Source: Selaginella moellendorffii
Taxonomy: Eukaryota > Plantae > Lycopodiophyta
DNA: 64,000 bases
NCBI RefSeq assembly: GCF_000143415.4
Contig: NW_003314274.1
Coordinates: 1,901,149-1,965,148, forward strand
Reading direction: 5' to 3'
Under the pieces are notes generated by a model. That model was not told where the DNA came from. It saw only the letters and a list, made by a program, of their open reading frames with translations, and made no database searches. Position 1 is the stretch's first letter. Every line of letters begins with the position of its first letter. A program made the translations under genes and the position numbers. Positions 37,429 through 50,067 of this stretch are shown piece after piece.

Positions 37429-40400
37429 TGTGAGTGCTTGGAATATGGAAAGGGAATACAGAAAATGTGTATATCAATTAGCCCAAAAACCCTAATTTAT
37501 ATATAGGAGTGAGTAACACGGGCTCGGGCTTAGGCTTGAGCACATGGGATGGTCCGGATTGAAACCAATTTGATGATTACCAAAATCCCACTATGCTAAT
37601 GTTAATATACAACATTGTAGCTGTACACTTGGCCCTTATATCATCCCCTCCTCTCGGAATAATGGAAGACCATCAAAGTTTTCTGGTAGATGGGCTGGAA
37701 TTTAGAGGAACATCAGGAGGAGGCATTTGCGGATCTGTAAGTGTATTAATTGCTTATGATCCCTTTGTATAAAGCATTTCAACCGCTACATATACACAAT
37801 TTTTGGAGGATCGGCCTACTCGACGTTATGTTAAACCTCATAAACTTGTAGTTTAACTTACCAAAACACCCGATATGGTCCTTTCTACTGTGCAAGGAGC
37901 CCCTTAGATAAACCACATACCATAAAATGGGGAAAATGGACTAACACCAAGTCATCCACTTTATATTCTGCAGGTGGACAATGATGGGAGTTGTAGTGCT
38001 ATTGTTGTCCCATTTATATGCGGTCTAAGTGTTCGGCAAACTCTGCTTGGATAAGTGGAAGAATGCTCGTCAAATATTGATCCTACAACCTAATATTGGC
38101 AGTTTGTGGCAATTACGAAAGTAAACCCAACTCCGTTAGTAGTATTGGATCATGATTATATAGGAGTTTATATGGTGAAGCACCAATAGAACTCTGCACA
38201 TCTGTGACATATGCATACCAAAGAGACGGTAAATAACCATTCCAATCTGAATGCTGAAAGTTCACATACTTCGCAATCATCCCTTTGAACGTCCGAACGA
38301 GCCATTCCACTAGACCATCTGATTGTGAATGATAAGCACTCGTGAAAGTGTGGCATATCCCTAACCGAGATGTCAAAACATGAAATGCCTTAGCCATAAA
38401 TGTGGGACCATTATCTGAAAGAATCCACTTTGGACAAGAATGCTGGAACATCACTCGATTGAAGAGGAAGTATCTAACAGGCTAGCAAGAGCATTAACTT
38501 CCACCCAACGAGTTAAGTAGTTAGAAGCAATAATAACATACTCATTACTAGCAATCAACCATGGAAAATGTCCCATAAGATTAAACCCCACCAACTCAAA
38601 TGGACGGGAAATTGCAATTAACTTCAACCATCCTTTTGCGGTATGAGGGGGAGTATTACGAGTTTGGCACTAAATGCAGCTATGCACATACCGGATAATA
38701 TCACGTCGCATCTCCGGCCAATTAAAAGATTTGTGCAGCTTCTTAGTCACACGACGATGTCCCATATGCCCGCCTAGAATAAAAGAATCATGGTAGTCAA
38801 GGAGAAACTGTGGAATAAAGACGGAAGGCACCACCAGCTATAAAGGATCATTAGGATCTGTTCCCATAAAATAAAGAAGGCCATCTTCAAGGTGATATTG
38901 AGAATGTAAATGCCGGAATGGCAAGTCATCAACAAGTGATACAAGATTTTCAAACCCATCTCAAAGCCTTCAAATCCATGGCTCAAGCTTTTGAGACTCG
39001 CAAACCTCATCAAGAGAAGGTAGATCTTGCTCTGCACCTTGTGGATACTGAATGTCAAGTATAGCAACTGCCAACGGCACAAAATCCTCCTCTAGAAAAT
39101 TCATAAATGCTAAAACAACAGACTCATCAGAAATATGATAAGAGAGTGGAGAAGGAAGAGGAGTTTAAGATAGAGCATCAACATCAACCATAAAACTCCC
39201 TAAGTGATGAATAACATCAAAATTATATAACTGAAGCTTCAAAGCCTACCAAGTAGTACGACCAACTAGGTTCTTTCACTTCAATAATAAAGTAATGACA
39301 GCATGATCACCTTCAAGTAACATCTAAGAACCATGTAGATATGCATGAAGTTTCTCAAAACCCAAAATTACTACTAAACACTCCTTCTCTGTTGTGAAGT
39401 AGTTCACCTCTGTTGGTTCTAATGTATGGTTTATATATGCAATGGGATGGCACTGACCAAGCACACTCAGGCTCTTTTGCATCAACACACCTCCAAGACC
39501 AATATCAAAAGCATCCATACGTAAAATAAAAGGTTGAGTATAGTCAGGATATGCCAAAACCAGAGGAGTAATCAATAGCTTTTTAAGATCCACGAATATC
39601 CACTCACAATCTTGAGACATGATAAAAGATGACATTGATGACTTCAGCAATGCTCGCAATAGTGTAGTGTAATCAGAAAGATGATCCACAAAATGACTAA
39701 GATACTGCACCTTGCCCAGGAAGTGCTACATATCATTCACACACTTCGGAGTATGGAACTTTAGAACAACCATAAGTTTGTTAGAATCAACTTGCAAACC
39801 CTCACGAGAAATATGGTACCTAAGATAAGTTGTGTCCTTGAACCCAAATACGCACTTTGACCGCTTCAACTTTAAAACAACATCCCTTAGCCGATTCAAC
39901 ACTTTACAAACATTACAAATGTGTTCCTCCCACATCCCCTCCGAGTTGATCGCCTTTGGCATATCACAAAGAACCTCATCCATCATTCGCTGAAAAGTTG
40001 CTAAAGCATTATTCAAACTAAACGGCATCACCAAGAATTTGTATAAACCAAACAATATACGAAAAGCAACTTTTAAGAATATCTTCTTCGGCCATCGATA
40101 CTTGCCAGTACCCAAAAGCAAAATCTAGTTTGGTGAACCAACAACTTCCCCAAACGATCTAAGAAATCAACAGTGTGAGGAAGAGGGTACACATTCGGGA
40201 TCGTCACTTCATTTAACGGATGATAGTCGATGCAAAAACGAATACTCCCATCAGGTTTGGTTACAAGATGAAGTTCATATACCCAAGGACTCCACAACTT
40301 CCAAATAACAACCTTCTCCAACATATTTGCACATAAAATCTTGATCTCTTTAGGTGTCGACGACAAATAGGAACCTTGATTGGACAAGCATCCCTAGTTG

Positions 40401-42438
40401 AAATTAGATGACGTGTGGCACTCTTGGCCACAAACAATAGGTCAAATTCAAAGAGATCAAAATACTCTTTCATAAACTAGCTAACTATTACAACACAAAG
40501 ATTGTAAAAGGGATCGAAAAAGGGAAGAGCAAAACAAGATAGAAATATAGAAGGAAATAAAGGGGGGGGGATAAAAGTAATGGAAGTAGAGGTAGAAGTA
40601 AAGAGATGAAGAGGTACAAAAGTGAGAAGAATAGATAAAATATAGAGAAGAGAAGCCTCAAAGTTACACTTTGCATGATTGCACTACAACTAATCCATAC
40701 CAAGAATGAGGTCAAAAGCTTGACTCAATATCACCCGCAATAACTGCAACCCAAGCTTGAGATCGCACACACACACGATCAGATCTGCCTCATTCTGTGC
40801 ACATGCATATGTACGGCTATTGCCATAAAGAATGAAAACTAGTCTGCCGCACGATGCAAGTGTAGACGGCAACATGTGGCAATAGGTCAAGCAATAGAAG
40901 ATAAACTCGAACCTGTATCAACCAACATGGAAAGAATAATAAGAGACCTTTTATTATAAAAACAAGCTTGGAAAGTAAACACTGGGTGAACCCCTTGATG
41001 ATACTCCCGAAAGAAAAATGAAGGGGTCACTGACTTATTCACATAACGTCCCTTCATTATTCGCACGACTCCTCATTTCTCAAATGCATCTTGGTGTCCA
41101 GACCTTCCACTGCAGCACCACCAATAGAACGTTATTGATGCCAAGGTTGTCAAGACCCCCAACAAGATCAAGACTGGAAAATGCAAAAGACAAAGAGAAA
41201 AACTAGTGGAAACAAAGAAGAAGCCTTAGACTGGCGTTGATTCAGATTGTGGAGAAATGGAACAAGGCTAACCTATATATACTATAGGTTGATGAAGCTC
41301 CACCACTCTTGGATCATGGACGACCTAAATATAGCTGAGGTCGAGGAGGCGCCACATTAACATCAGGAATGTGGCTCGAGACTCAGGAATCGTACAGGAA
41401 ATCAGAGAGTCAGAAATAGGGAAGTGTCTCGAGAGTTAGGAATAGGGAAGTGTCTCGAAAGTCAGGAATAGGGAAGTGTCTCGAGAATCAGGAATGTGGT
41501 CTGCAGGTCAGGAATCTGGTGAGAGTCAGGAATGTGGCAAGAATTGGGGGATTCCTAACAAAGGTCTCCACCCAGGAAATGGAGGTTGTCAATCCGGAAA
41601 ACACCGACAACGTCGATAAGTGTGACCAACTTCATCACATGCCCAACAGTGAACATCATGGCCATGACTATGTCCTTGCCCTTGTTCTTGAACTTCAGCA
41701 GTAGTGGCATCAACCTCCATTGGAACATGACTATTGGCCACAGGAAGTGGAGCGAAATGACGTGTAGCGAGAAGTGGAAAAAGTGATGTCTCGTAACGTT
41801 GTCCCAAGTGAAGAGTATTGTCAAGGGTAGTTGGAGCAAGTGCATGCACAAGTCCGATAAAATCCTGATGAAGTGCTAGCCATAACATTTCTAGCTTGAT
41901 CCACTCCAACATATTTAACTCCGCATGAAGTAAGAGGGTTTGGAAATGAATGCCAAATTGCATCACCAACTCAAATGGCCCTTAACGAAGATGATGCAAT
42001 TGTTAGAATGCATCATCACAATCATCGGCATATCCGAATACGTGTTTGAAGACGTCTGGAAGAACACTCCAATCCCGAGTGGTTGCACTTAAACCATTGT
42101 ACAACTATAGTGTCATCCTATGGATGGAAAAGCTAGATCTAAACCAAAATCTTGAAAGGAAAGAACAAAAAAAAGGAAATGGAAAAAGCTAGATTTAGAT
42201 AATGCAAAAGTTAGATCTAAACCAAAATCCCAAATCCAAACACTCCTCAGGGACAATGAAAGGTGCCCCTCATCTCCACTAATATGAGTGCTTGGAATAT
42301 AGAAAAGGAATAGTGTATATCAATTAGCCGAAAAACCCTAATTTATATGGTGCAAATTGAAATCAATCTGATGGCTACCAAAATCTCATTATGCTAATAT
42401 TAGTATATGGCATCATAGCCGTACACTTAGCCCTCACA
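37429..42438 (-). mobile_element. Decayed Ty3/gypsy LTR retrotransposon, copy 2 of the tRNA-Ala-primed family
   Basis: LTRs 42283-42438 and 37429-37640 are homologous to copy 1; PBS complement CCCCTCATCTCCAC at ~42266-42279; PPT at ~37641-37655. Contains a gag zinc knuckle (CWACDEVGHTYRRC), protease (DTGS...ILGMD), RT, RNase H and integrase. ~26-bp tandem repeats at ~41360-41540. Confidence 0.92.
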
Positions 42439-42762
42439 CTTCCAATAATTGTATGGATTTTAAATTTAATAAAACAATTTTTTGTAGAAAGCTTTTCTTT
42501 ATTAAATAAAATAAAATAGAAATAGTTTAAAGTTAGAAAGAAAAGTATTTTTATATAAAGATCTAAACAAAAATCTGGAAAGAATTATCACATCTAGCAA
42601 TTAAATATATTTTTGGTATTATGCAGTAAAGTTTGGTTTGCTTTAGTTCTGTTTATTTTTAAATTAATATAGAAAGTAAATATTTTTTAAATGTAATTTT
42701 TAAAATTAAAATAAATTTAATTTTCCTATTTAAGTAAATACTTTTATTATATTTTAGTTCTC

Positions 42763-42972
42763 ATGGATTATAGGTATTTATATTCTGTTTTATTTATTAC
42801 TAATATGGTTCTACTTATTATGGCAAATAAGTTATTATGTATACAAGTTTGTAGTGAATATAATGGTTGTAAAAAACTCTGTGGCACACCATGTTTTCAC
42901 CACGATCAATGTGAAGGGTCAAAATTTTGTAATATACATTTAGGATTTTGTATTCCTATGACACAATTTTAG
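42763..42972 (+). CDS. Candidate secreted cysteine-rich peptide (69 aa, 8 Cys)
   Basis: Hydrophobic N-terminus followed by C-x3-C-x5-C-x3-C-x3-C-x5-C-x5-C-x6-C, an intact ORF in very AT-rich DNA. Confidence 0.45.
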   Translation: MDYRYLYSVLFITNMVLLIMANKLLCIQVCSEYNGCKKLCGTPCFHHDQCEGSKFCNIHLGFCIPMTQF

Positions 42973-43399
42973 AATTCAGTATAAAAGTTTGGAAATATCA
43001 TTTACACTATAAAATCATATCATAATTAATACTATAAATATATATAAACAAAAACATATATATGTGTTCAAGAATTGTTTGTGTTACTTATGCTATCAAA
43101 TTTTTTAACTTATCACTCATACAATTGATCTATAAGCATTGAGAAGCTAGGCATATGTGAGGATGGGAATTGTAAAGAAATCAAATTTACACTTTCTTTA
43201 GGTTCTAAAAAATTTCTTTCTTCTTTTATAAATTATTTTGCTTTTTCCAAGTGAATTGGTGACAAGTGTTAGCAAGAGATTAATCCGAATAATGGCAATT
43301 AAAATTTTAAAAGTGATTAATTTTTCATATAAAAAATGTTTAATATTTTATAAAGTTCATGTGTAAGAAAATAAAAAGAATAACAATTCAAAATAAAAT

Positions 43400-44065
43400 T
43401 TATAAGAGTAAAAATTATGGAAAAATTAACCCATGAATAGAAGTGCACCCCTTTTCAAGGTATTAGGAATAGTAATAAATTGGTAACCTCTCAAGAAGTC
43501 TAAATTTAAAATTTTACATTTTGTATCAAAAATATGATTGATTTTAAAAAATTAAATAAAATGACTTAAAAGATATACTTAATTGTAAGGAACTAAAGAA
43601 AACAACTTTAAATACAATTTATAGAAGTTCAAATATAAAGGGAAAAAGCATGTGAACAAAAGTGCATCCTTTTTTCCCAATTGGTTAAAGGTTTTAAAAT
43701 AATTAATGTTAAGCATCATTAATTTGAGTAATATTTGGTTGGGAAAAATTTTAAGAGCTTATATTTTATATCAAAAGTGTCTCAAGTTATACTCTATTGG
43801 TTAGCTAAAGGAATTATACCATATTGAGATTGATTAGTTTTCCAATTTATATTAAAAATGTCTTGAGTCCAACTTTATTGATTAACTAGAAAAATCACAC
43901 TACATAGATTGATTAGTTTTCTAATTGGTTAAATGTTTGGAATATTTATTCTTGGGTTTAAATGAATACAAATACACTCCTTTTTAGAAGATTACATTAT
44001 GATGATGTTTCTATTACTAAGTTAAATGGCCTTCTGAAAAATTTAAATTCAAAAACTTACATTAT
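43400..44065 (+). mobile_element. Highly decayed tandem Cassandra-type LTR remnants
   Basis: LTR-like ends at ~43518 (TTTACA+TTTTGTATCAAAA), 43584-43763 (TGTAAG...GAGCTTATA+TTTTATATCAAAAG) and ~44061, each resembling 46522-46716. Confidence 0.5.
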
Positions 44066-44599
44066 AGTGGTGTTTCTATGGAAGTTTTGGTTTATATTAT
44101 AGAAAGAATTCACTAGGAATATAAGTGTTTCAACTCTAGAATAGAAAGAGCTCTTAAATCTGGCAAATTATAAAATGATAGTCTTTGTAGTAAATAATTT
44201 GTTGAGTTGTGCAGCAATAATAATATGGTTTGCTTTATAAATAAAAAATCTAGCTAAAAAATTTATTATATTCACTTAAATTAAGATGTCTAATTCCACC
44301 CTTAGAATCAAAATGCTCATAATGTAATCTCTAGCCTAATGTCTCAATCAACATGTCCCCACACTAAAAGCCCATTTTCATTTTTCATTTTCATTTTTCT
44401 GCCTTCTTAAAACCAAGTTGGCATAAGTAGGGGGCAATAGATTGTATTGAACACTAGTGGTGATAAAAGGACTATGGGAGGCAATATATGAAGATCATAA
44501 AATATTTGTGCTAGATTAGGTGCAAAGTGTTCAATTCAAGATCAAGAATATGATGGTAGGCATTTTGAATGTATACTCTTTGGCTGACTATTCTTGAGA

Positions 44600-45015
44600 G
44601 AGAGCTCAATTTTCCAAGTTTAATATGCTCTACAAAATCATTGCAAAAGAGATTGATACTAATTTTACTAGAGACTATACATGGCACATAATGGAAGGGA
44701 AATAGCTAGTGGATACTATGCTTTTAACACAAGAACAAGTTAAGGACTAGGAACTACAAATGGCTTTGATTCTTTTAGACTATGAAAAAGTGTATGATAG
44801 TTGGGTATTCTTGCAGGCAGCCACTCTATATCAAGATGTAGTTCGTAAAGTTACAATAAATAGGACAATTGAAAACCTCTTTCATTAGAAGTCTACTAAT
44901 TGTGTGTTTGCTTAATTTGTCTTTCTTTTAGTGGCTAACACACTACTTGTTGAGACTCATTGCAAGACAAACCAAGGGCCAACATAAATTTAGTGCCTTT
45001 ATAGATGATATAAGA
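44600..45015 (+). mobile_element. LINE (L1/Tx1-like) reverse transcriptase remnant
   Basis: Decayed frames read NMLYKIIAK, ALILLDYEKVYD-SWVFL (cf. LDFEKAYDRVSW.FL) and AFIDDI (cf. YADD). Confidence 0.6.
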
Positions 45016-45103
45016 GTAGTTAGCTTGCTTTAATTTATTAAAGAGTACCTGACTCTTTAAATTATTTTAATGTAATATTATAAAAGTATAAAAAGAAAAA
45101 CAC

Positions 45104-45133
45104 ATAATAATAATAATAATAATAATAATAATA
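45104..45133. repeat. (AAT)n microsatellite, ~10 units
   Basis: ATAATAATAATAATAATAATAATAATAATA. Confidence 0.95.
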
Positions 45134-45799
45134 TTGAGAAGTTATTTCCAAATGTAGGAAAGTTTAAACTAGAGATTGATAGGATTTAATTAGATTTTTT
45201 TGTTAGTGTATTTAGTCTAAGCTTGTGATATTTATTTTGGCTCTTTCACTAGTATAAATTAACTGGTGTAATTCTGTTTAATCATTCACATAGTTATGTC
45301 TAACTTGTACTTGTCACCAATCCTATTACTTTTTGTTGTCAAGGAATTGCCATTGACAGCTGATAGTTGAGGTTTTTCAGTAAAGTGAGGTTTTGTTTTG
45401 TTTTGTTTTTTTCTTTAGATTATATAAAAATATTATAGTAAATGATATTTTAAAAAATGCCTTTTGCCTCCCGTTAAACACCATCATGATTCAATCTCTC
45501 TCCACTTACCTGGCAGTGATGTGGCATCAGGCCTTCTTTTTGTTTTATCTCCAGCACACTCCCCTCTCCTGTCTGTCACCGCTGTGCACTCCCGCCTGCG
45601 GCTCCTGCCCGCCCGCACTCCCACCCAGCGTGTGCCCTAATCACTTCCACGTGGCCACAGCCCCAACACCAAATTTCAATCAGCGCGCACATGGATGCCT
45701 TTCTACGTGCTTTACGTGGCCAATGAGTGTCATGGATGACCATTAGGAGTGGTAAACTTATGAAATCTTCTCACTAATTTATATATGCAATATAAGTAT

Positions 45800-48234
45800 A
45801 TAAAGAGTTTCTATTTATTCTTTGCTAAGATTGAGTTTTTTGTTTAAAGAGCTTTTCTTTCTTGTCTTCCTCTGCCTAGTAAAAGGAGTTGCTTCTAGAC
45901 TACTAGAAGCTTTTCTTTTACCTGTAATTCTTGCCACTAAAGGTTTTGCTCGCTTCAAAGATGTACCATAACTATCAACACGCTGTTGAAATTCTGTTGT
46001 AGGATGAATAAGATTGTCTGGCCTAGCTTTAAAAGTTGCAACTTTCTGTTATATCATTTCTAAATCGTTGTCAACCATAAATAAAAAAGCTTCTTCATCA
46101 AGAAGATTTTGTAAGATATCTATCATCTTTTGTTGTAATATCGCTTTTGTAACTTTTGATGGAGTAATATCTTCCTGCTCAAAGTTCATATCAATATTTA
46201 AAATTTCTTTAATGTAAATGTAAGCAACCAAAGAGAATAACTCAAGAGACGATCCATGGGGTTCAAATATAAAAGGAAAGTTGACCTCCCGGGAAGTCCA
46301 AACTCAGGAGTTTACATTTGGTATTGGAGGGGTCTCAGGTCCGACTCTATTAGTTGGCTTAGAGGAATCACACCATATGTTGATTGACATTTGGTAGGTC
46401 CAATTTGCTCTGCTAGGCTCGACTCGAGGGGTAGGGTATCAAGAGAGTAGGGCTTTCGGGAGAGCTGCGGCTCTTAGCTTCCGTTCACGAGGGCGTGAAC
46501 TTGTAGGGAAGCGTGGTGGATTGTAAGCAACCAAAGGGAACAACTCAAGAGACGATCCATAGAGGTTCAAATATAAAGGGAAAGGGTTCATAAATAAAAG
46601 TGCATTCCCTTTTTTAATCGATTAAGGGTCTTGGGACATTTGGAGTTAAGTGTCCTTGGGTTTGAATAGTACTAGGTTGGGTGATCTCCCGGGAAGTCCA
46701 AACTCAGAAGCTTACAGTAAATTACCTTTATAATAGTCCTTAGTTGAATTTCTTGTTGATGCTGTATATTTTGATGGATATCTTCCTACTCAATATTCAT
46801 ATATATTAGTATATAAAATATGCTAGTTTACCTTTAATGTAGTCTCCAATTGAATTTCTTGCTCATGATAAACATTTTGATGGATGTTTTCCTGCTCAAA
46901 TTTTTAATTAATAAATGAAACACCTCTGTCATAGCTTCCAAGTCAAGTGCTTCAAAATCTTGATGACGATAAAATAAGTCATCTAACCTAAGTTCTAAAA
47001 TTGCATGCGATTGTGATGGTTGAACCTCATAACTAGTTGTAGTCCAATCGGTTTTTTCTCCTTGTTTTAACATAATAACTTTTTTTGATGCTTACAAAAG
47101 TTTCCTTTGGTTGCCCACGGATAATTACACTAAGTCGAAAAAGCCCAATTATTGTGTCCTTCACCCCCGACAACAAGATACCATATAGCTAGATCTGAAG
47201 AGGATTGTACATAGGATTTGTGAGTATTATCCTTATCAAATTTTACTTGAGAGTTGTTAATATTTCTTGCTTTAACAATCGCACCATCGATTAGTTTTTC
47301 ATATGCATAGTTTCAGATAAAACCATAATCTTTGCAATAACTAGTAAATAAGTACCTTGCATGAACCTTAGTAATAACTTGATGAATTGCCCAATCCATC
47401 CTTCGATTGTGGGCATGTTTTTATTTGGACGAGAGTATAGCTTTCATATTTGCATGAAATGCCTCAATTAAATTATTTGTCTCCTTGTTAGCATGAGGGA
47501 AATTTCAGCAGCAACAACCCACATATCTATCAAATATAAATTAAAATAAATTATAAAAATTAAAATATTGATTCACTTACCAACTTTTTCCTTCCATTCG
47601 TCTTGAAAATACTTGATAAAGGCTGCTTTATTTTGAAAGTCCACCTCAAAATTTTCAATATGTTATTTAATCTCAGCTTGCATAATATATCATCATGAAA
47701 AGCTATATGAATTGAATGATACATAATCTCCGAGATGTTTTCATATTTCCATCATAATATCCCAAGATTTCACCTTCCGAATACTATGTTTGAGCCAATT
47801 CCTCCTTACATGCCAAATACATAATAGAATTTGACAATCAAATGTAGCTTTATTTAAAAGAAAAAAATTATATTATATTATATCAAATTAATTACCTTAT
47901 AGCATTAATCTCTGCTTTAGTATCATCAATCATTATCGCACATGTTTTCGAATTTGGCATGTGTTCTAAAACTCATTTTTTAAGAGCTATCATCCAATTC
48001 TTCATATGTTCTCCTTTCTCACTAGAAGTTAAAACCCATGCAATTGGAATACCATTTCCATGATAATCAAAAGTAAGCATGGTGTATAATGGGAACTTTA
48101 AATTATTAAATATTATTTATTAAAAAATGAATGAAAATTTTACCTTATAGCAATTAGTTCCAAAAGTTGCATCAAGACTCAATAAATTGCCATTTTTTGT
48201 AGTTGCTAAGTTGTCTGAATCCCAATAGTAAAAT
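45800..48234 (-). mobile_element. Mutator-like (MULE) transposase remnant with introns, cut by the LTR insertion at 48235
   Basis: SLDATFGTNCYK|FPLYTMLTFDYHGNGIPIAWVL, IMIDD, LLCIWHVRRNW (CxxH), ETNNLIEAFHANMK and a SWIM-like C...CKHQ. In-frame stops; GT-AG introns. Confidence 0.8.
46219..46716 (+). mobile_element. Cassandra-type TRIM carrying 5S rRNA sequence in its LTR
   Basis: LTRs 46219-46316 (internally deleted) and 46522-46716, both TG...CA; perfect TSD GTAAA; PBS TGGTATTGGAG. 46644-46699 AGTTAAGTGTCCTTGGG...TAGTACTAGGTTGGGTGATCTCCCGGGAAGTCC matches the plant 5S internal promoter region. Confidence 0.9.
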
Positions 48235-50067
48235 TGTAGCACACCTGAATTTGGAGCCGAACTCCAAGCCCGTTGCGCTACAAAACGAGGGTCCGGTACA
48301 ATCCCATGAGCACCAGCTCCTAGTATCTAGCACCTACATACAAAATGGTGTCAGACGGAGTTTGGCACAATTTTGGCATACCGGTGGCCTAACGCGAGGA
48401 GGAGGGTACCCCACCGACTAGAGCAGCGTGGAGCTTGGGCTTAGACCCAAGCCGGACGCAGAACAAGGAGCGACACAGCCCAGCAGAAGCTAAACTAATG
48501 TCTTAGGTGGTCGGACATGCATTCCAACCACTATCCCTACTATACATTTGGAACCCCCCACAGCCCCCTCTCCCCCCCCTTGAGGAACACAGGCTTTGGG
48601 CTTTCACCCCAAGCCTCCCTTAGTACCAGGAGTTAGTCTCTGGGACAAGCTCAAAACTTATTAAATATGGAATGATGCTAGATTGCGAATTTGGATACAA
48701 GATGAACACCATTGTGTTCGAGCCAATCTCTACATTCCATAAATATGCCAAATGAGCTAATCTAGACACTTTCCATAAATAGCATTTGGGACCGAAATGA
48801 GACTAACACAAAGGGCGTGATAGCGAGGGTGTTTGGCAGACATGGTAAGCTATCATCTAGCGAATATTGAGGGACTAGTCTCAATATTGCGGGAGTTCCC
48901 AACATTAGCAAGTGCAAGTCAACATCATGAGTTTCTCGTCACTATGTCAAGTATGCTTGACTTAATGACAACTTAGGATTTCCTTCCTTAGTGCCCTTCT
49001 GGTCTAAGTGCACATGTGTTGACCAATTTCTCAACTAGCTTGGGTGGAGACCATAAAGGGAACCAGCAATACCGACCTCCTGCCATCCTGGCAGTAAGGA
49101 GAGAGTGTCCGTAAGGACTAGCCGACAAGTATCTTTCGACACCTGAAGTCACATTCGCGACACTCTCCCCCCCTTAGGGAAGATCAACATCCTCGTCGAT
49201 GCATACCCGAGTCTAGCAAACCATCAAGGAAACAACTTCGAAAGTTAACGGAAAGCACACTATGTGGGAAACGCACCGACTTAAATGAGTCATGGAACGA
49301 CCTCTCCTCTACGTCCAAAGACATCAAGACTCAGACACCCTCCGGCTGTCACCGACAAGGAAATGACTAACAAAGGTAGCCACCCTTGTTGCTCCGAGTA
49401 CCACTCGACTTACAAAGGAATGATACATCCGTGCCCACAGGAACATAGGGAGAAGGCCAGAGGCCCAACTTCCCCTGAGCAAGAAATCAACCCCGTCGGG
49501 AAGATTTAGACAACTACTATAAATTGGCAAATTAAGTAGTTTACACGACCACGCCCCTTTTTTCGAAAATGAGTCATTGAGAGAGAGGTGGGGACTTGTG
49601 ATCAGTCTATAATAGTTATCCCCATGGTTATGGATTGGACCCATGCACCGAAGTGCCGAAGTCAACCTGCCAAAACTAACCCAAGTATTAACGAACGAAA
49701 GAAATGACATTTTTTATTTATAGAAATATATTACTTTATTAATTTACAAGATTTATTACAAGATTTACAAAAGCTATTTTTTATTACTATTCTCATACTC
49801 CAGGACAAGCTCACGAGCATGTATAAGATTCCTAAGAGGTTCCCAAGTTGATTCACAAGATGGGTAACCTTTCCACTTAACTAGGTATTCCTTCGCACGA
49901 CCACCACGTGCCTTACGAGACAAAAGGATGGCCTCAACCTCATACTCCAGTTCACCATCAATAACATCTAGAGCTGGACGAACATCCCTAGAGCGGCCAG
50001 GATCCTCATTATATGGGGCCAGTAAACTGACATGAAACACATTATGAAGGCTGGACATCTCTTGGGG

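Noticed and set aside
40405-41770. ACACGTCAT direct repeat as the microhomology behind the copy-1 gag-RT deletion
   Set aside because: Copy 1 retains sequence beyond the first repeat, so the breakpoint does not coincide with it.
45390-45750. 117-aa ORF or MULE terminal inverted repeat
   Set aside because: The ORF has no recognisable features. The GC-rich patch could be a MULE subterminal region, but the partner end is outside the window so it cannot be supported.
46644-46699. 5S rRNA gene
   Set aside because: Only the internal ~55 nt match, and they are embedded in an LTR with PBS and TSD.
28955-46716. A Pol III-themed cluster (MAF1, tRNA mimic, 5S-bearing Cassandra)
   Set aside because: The Cassandra copies are dispersed TEs 6-17 kb away, and nothing in the sequence links them to MAF1.
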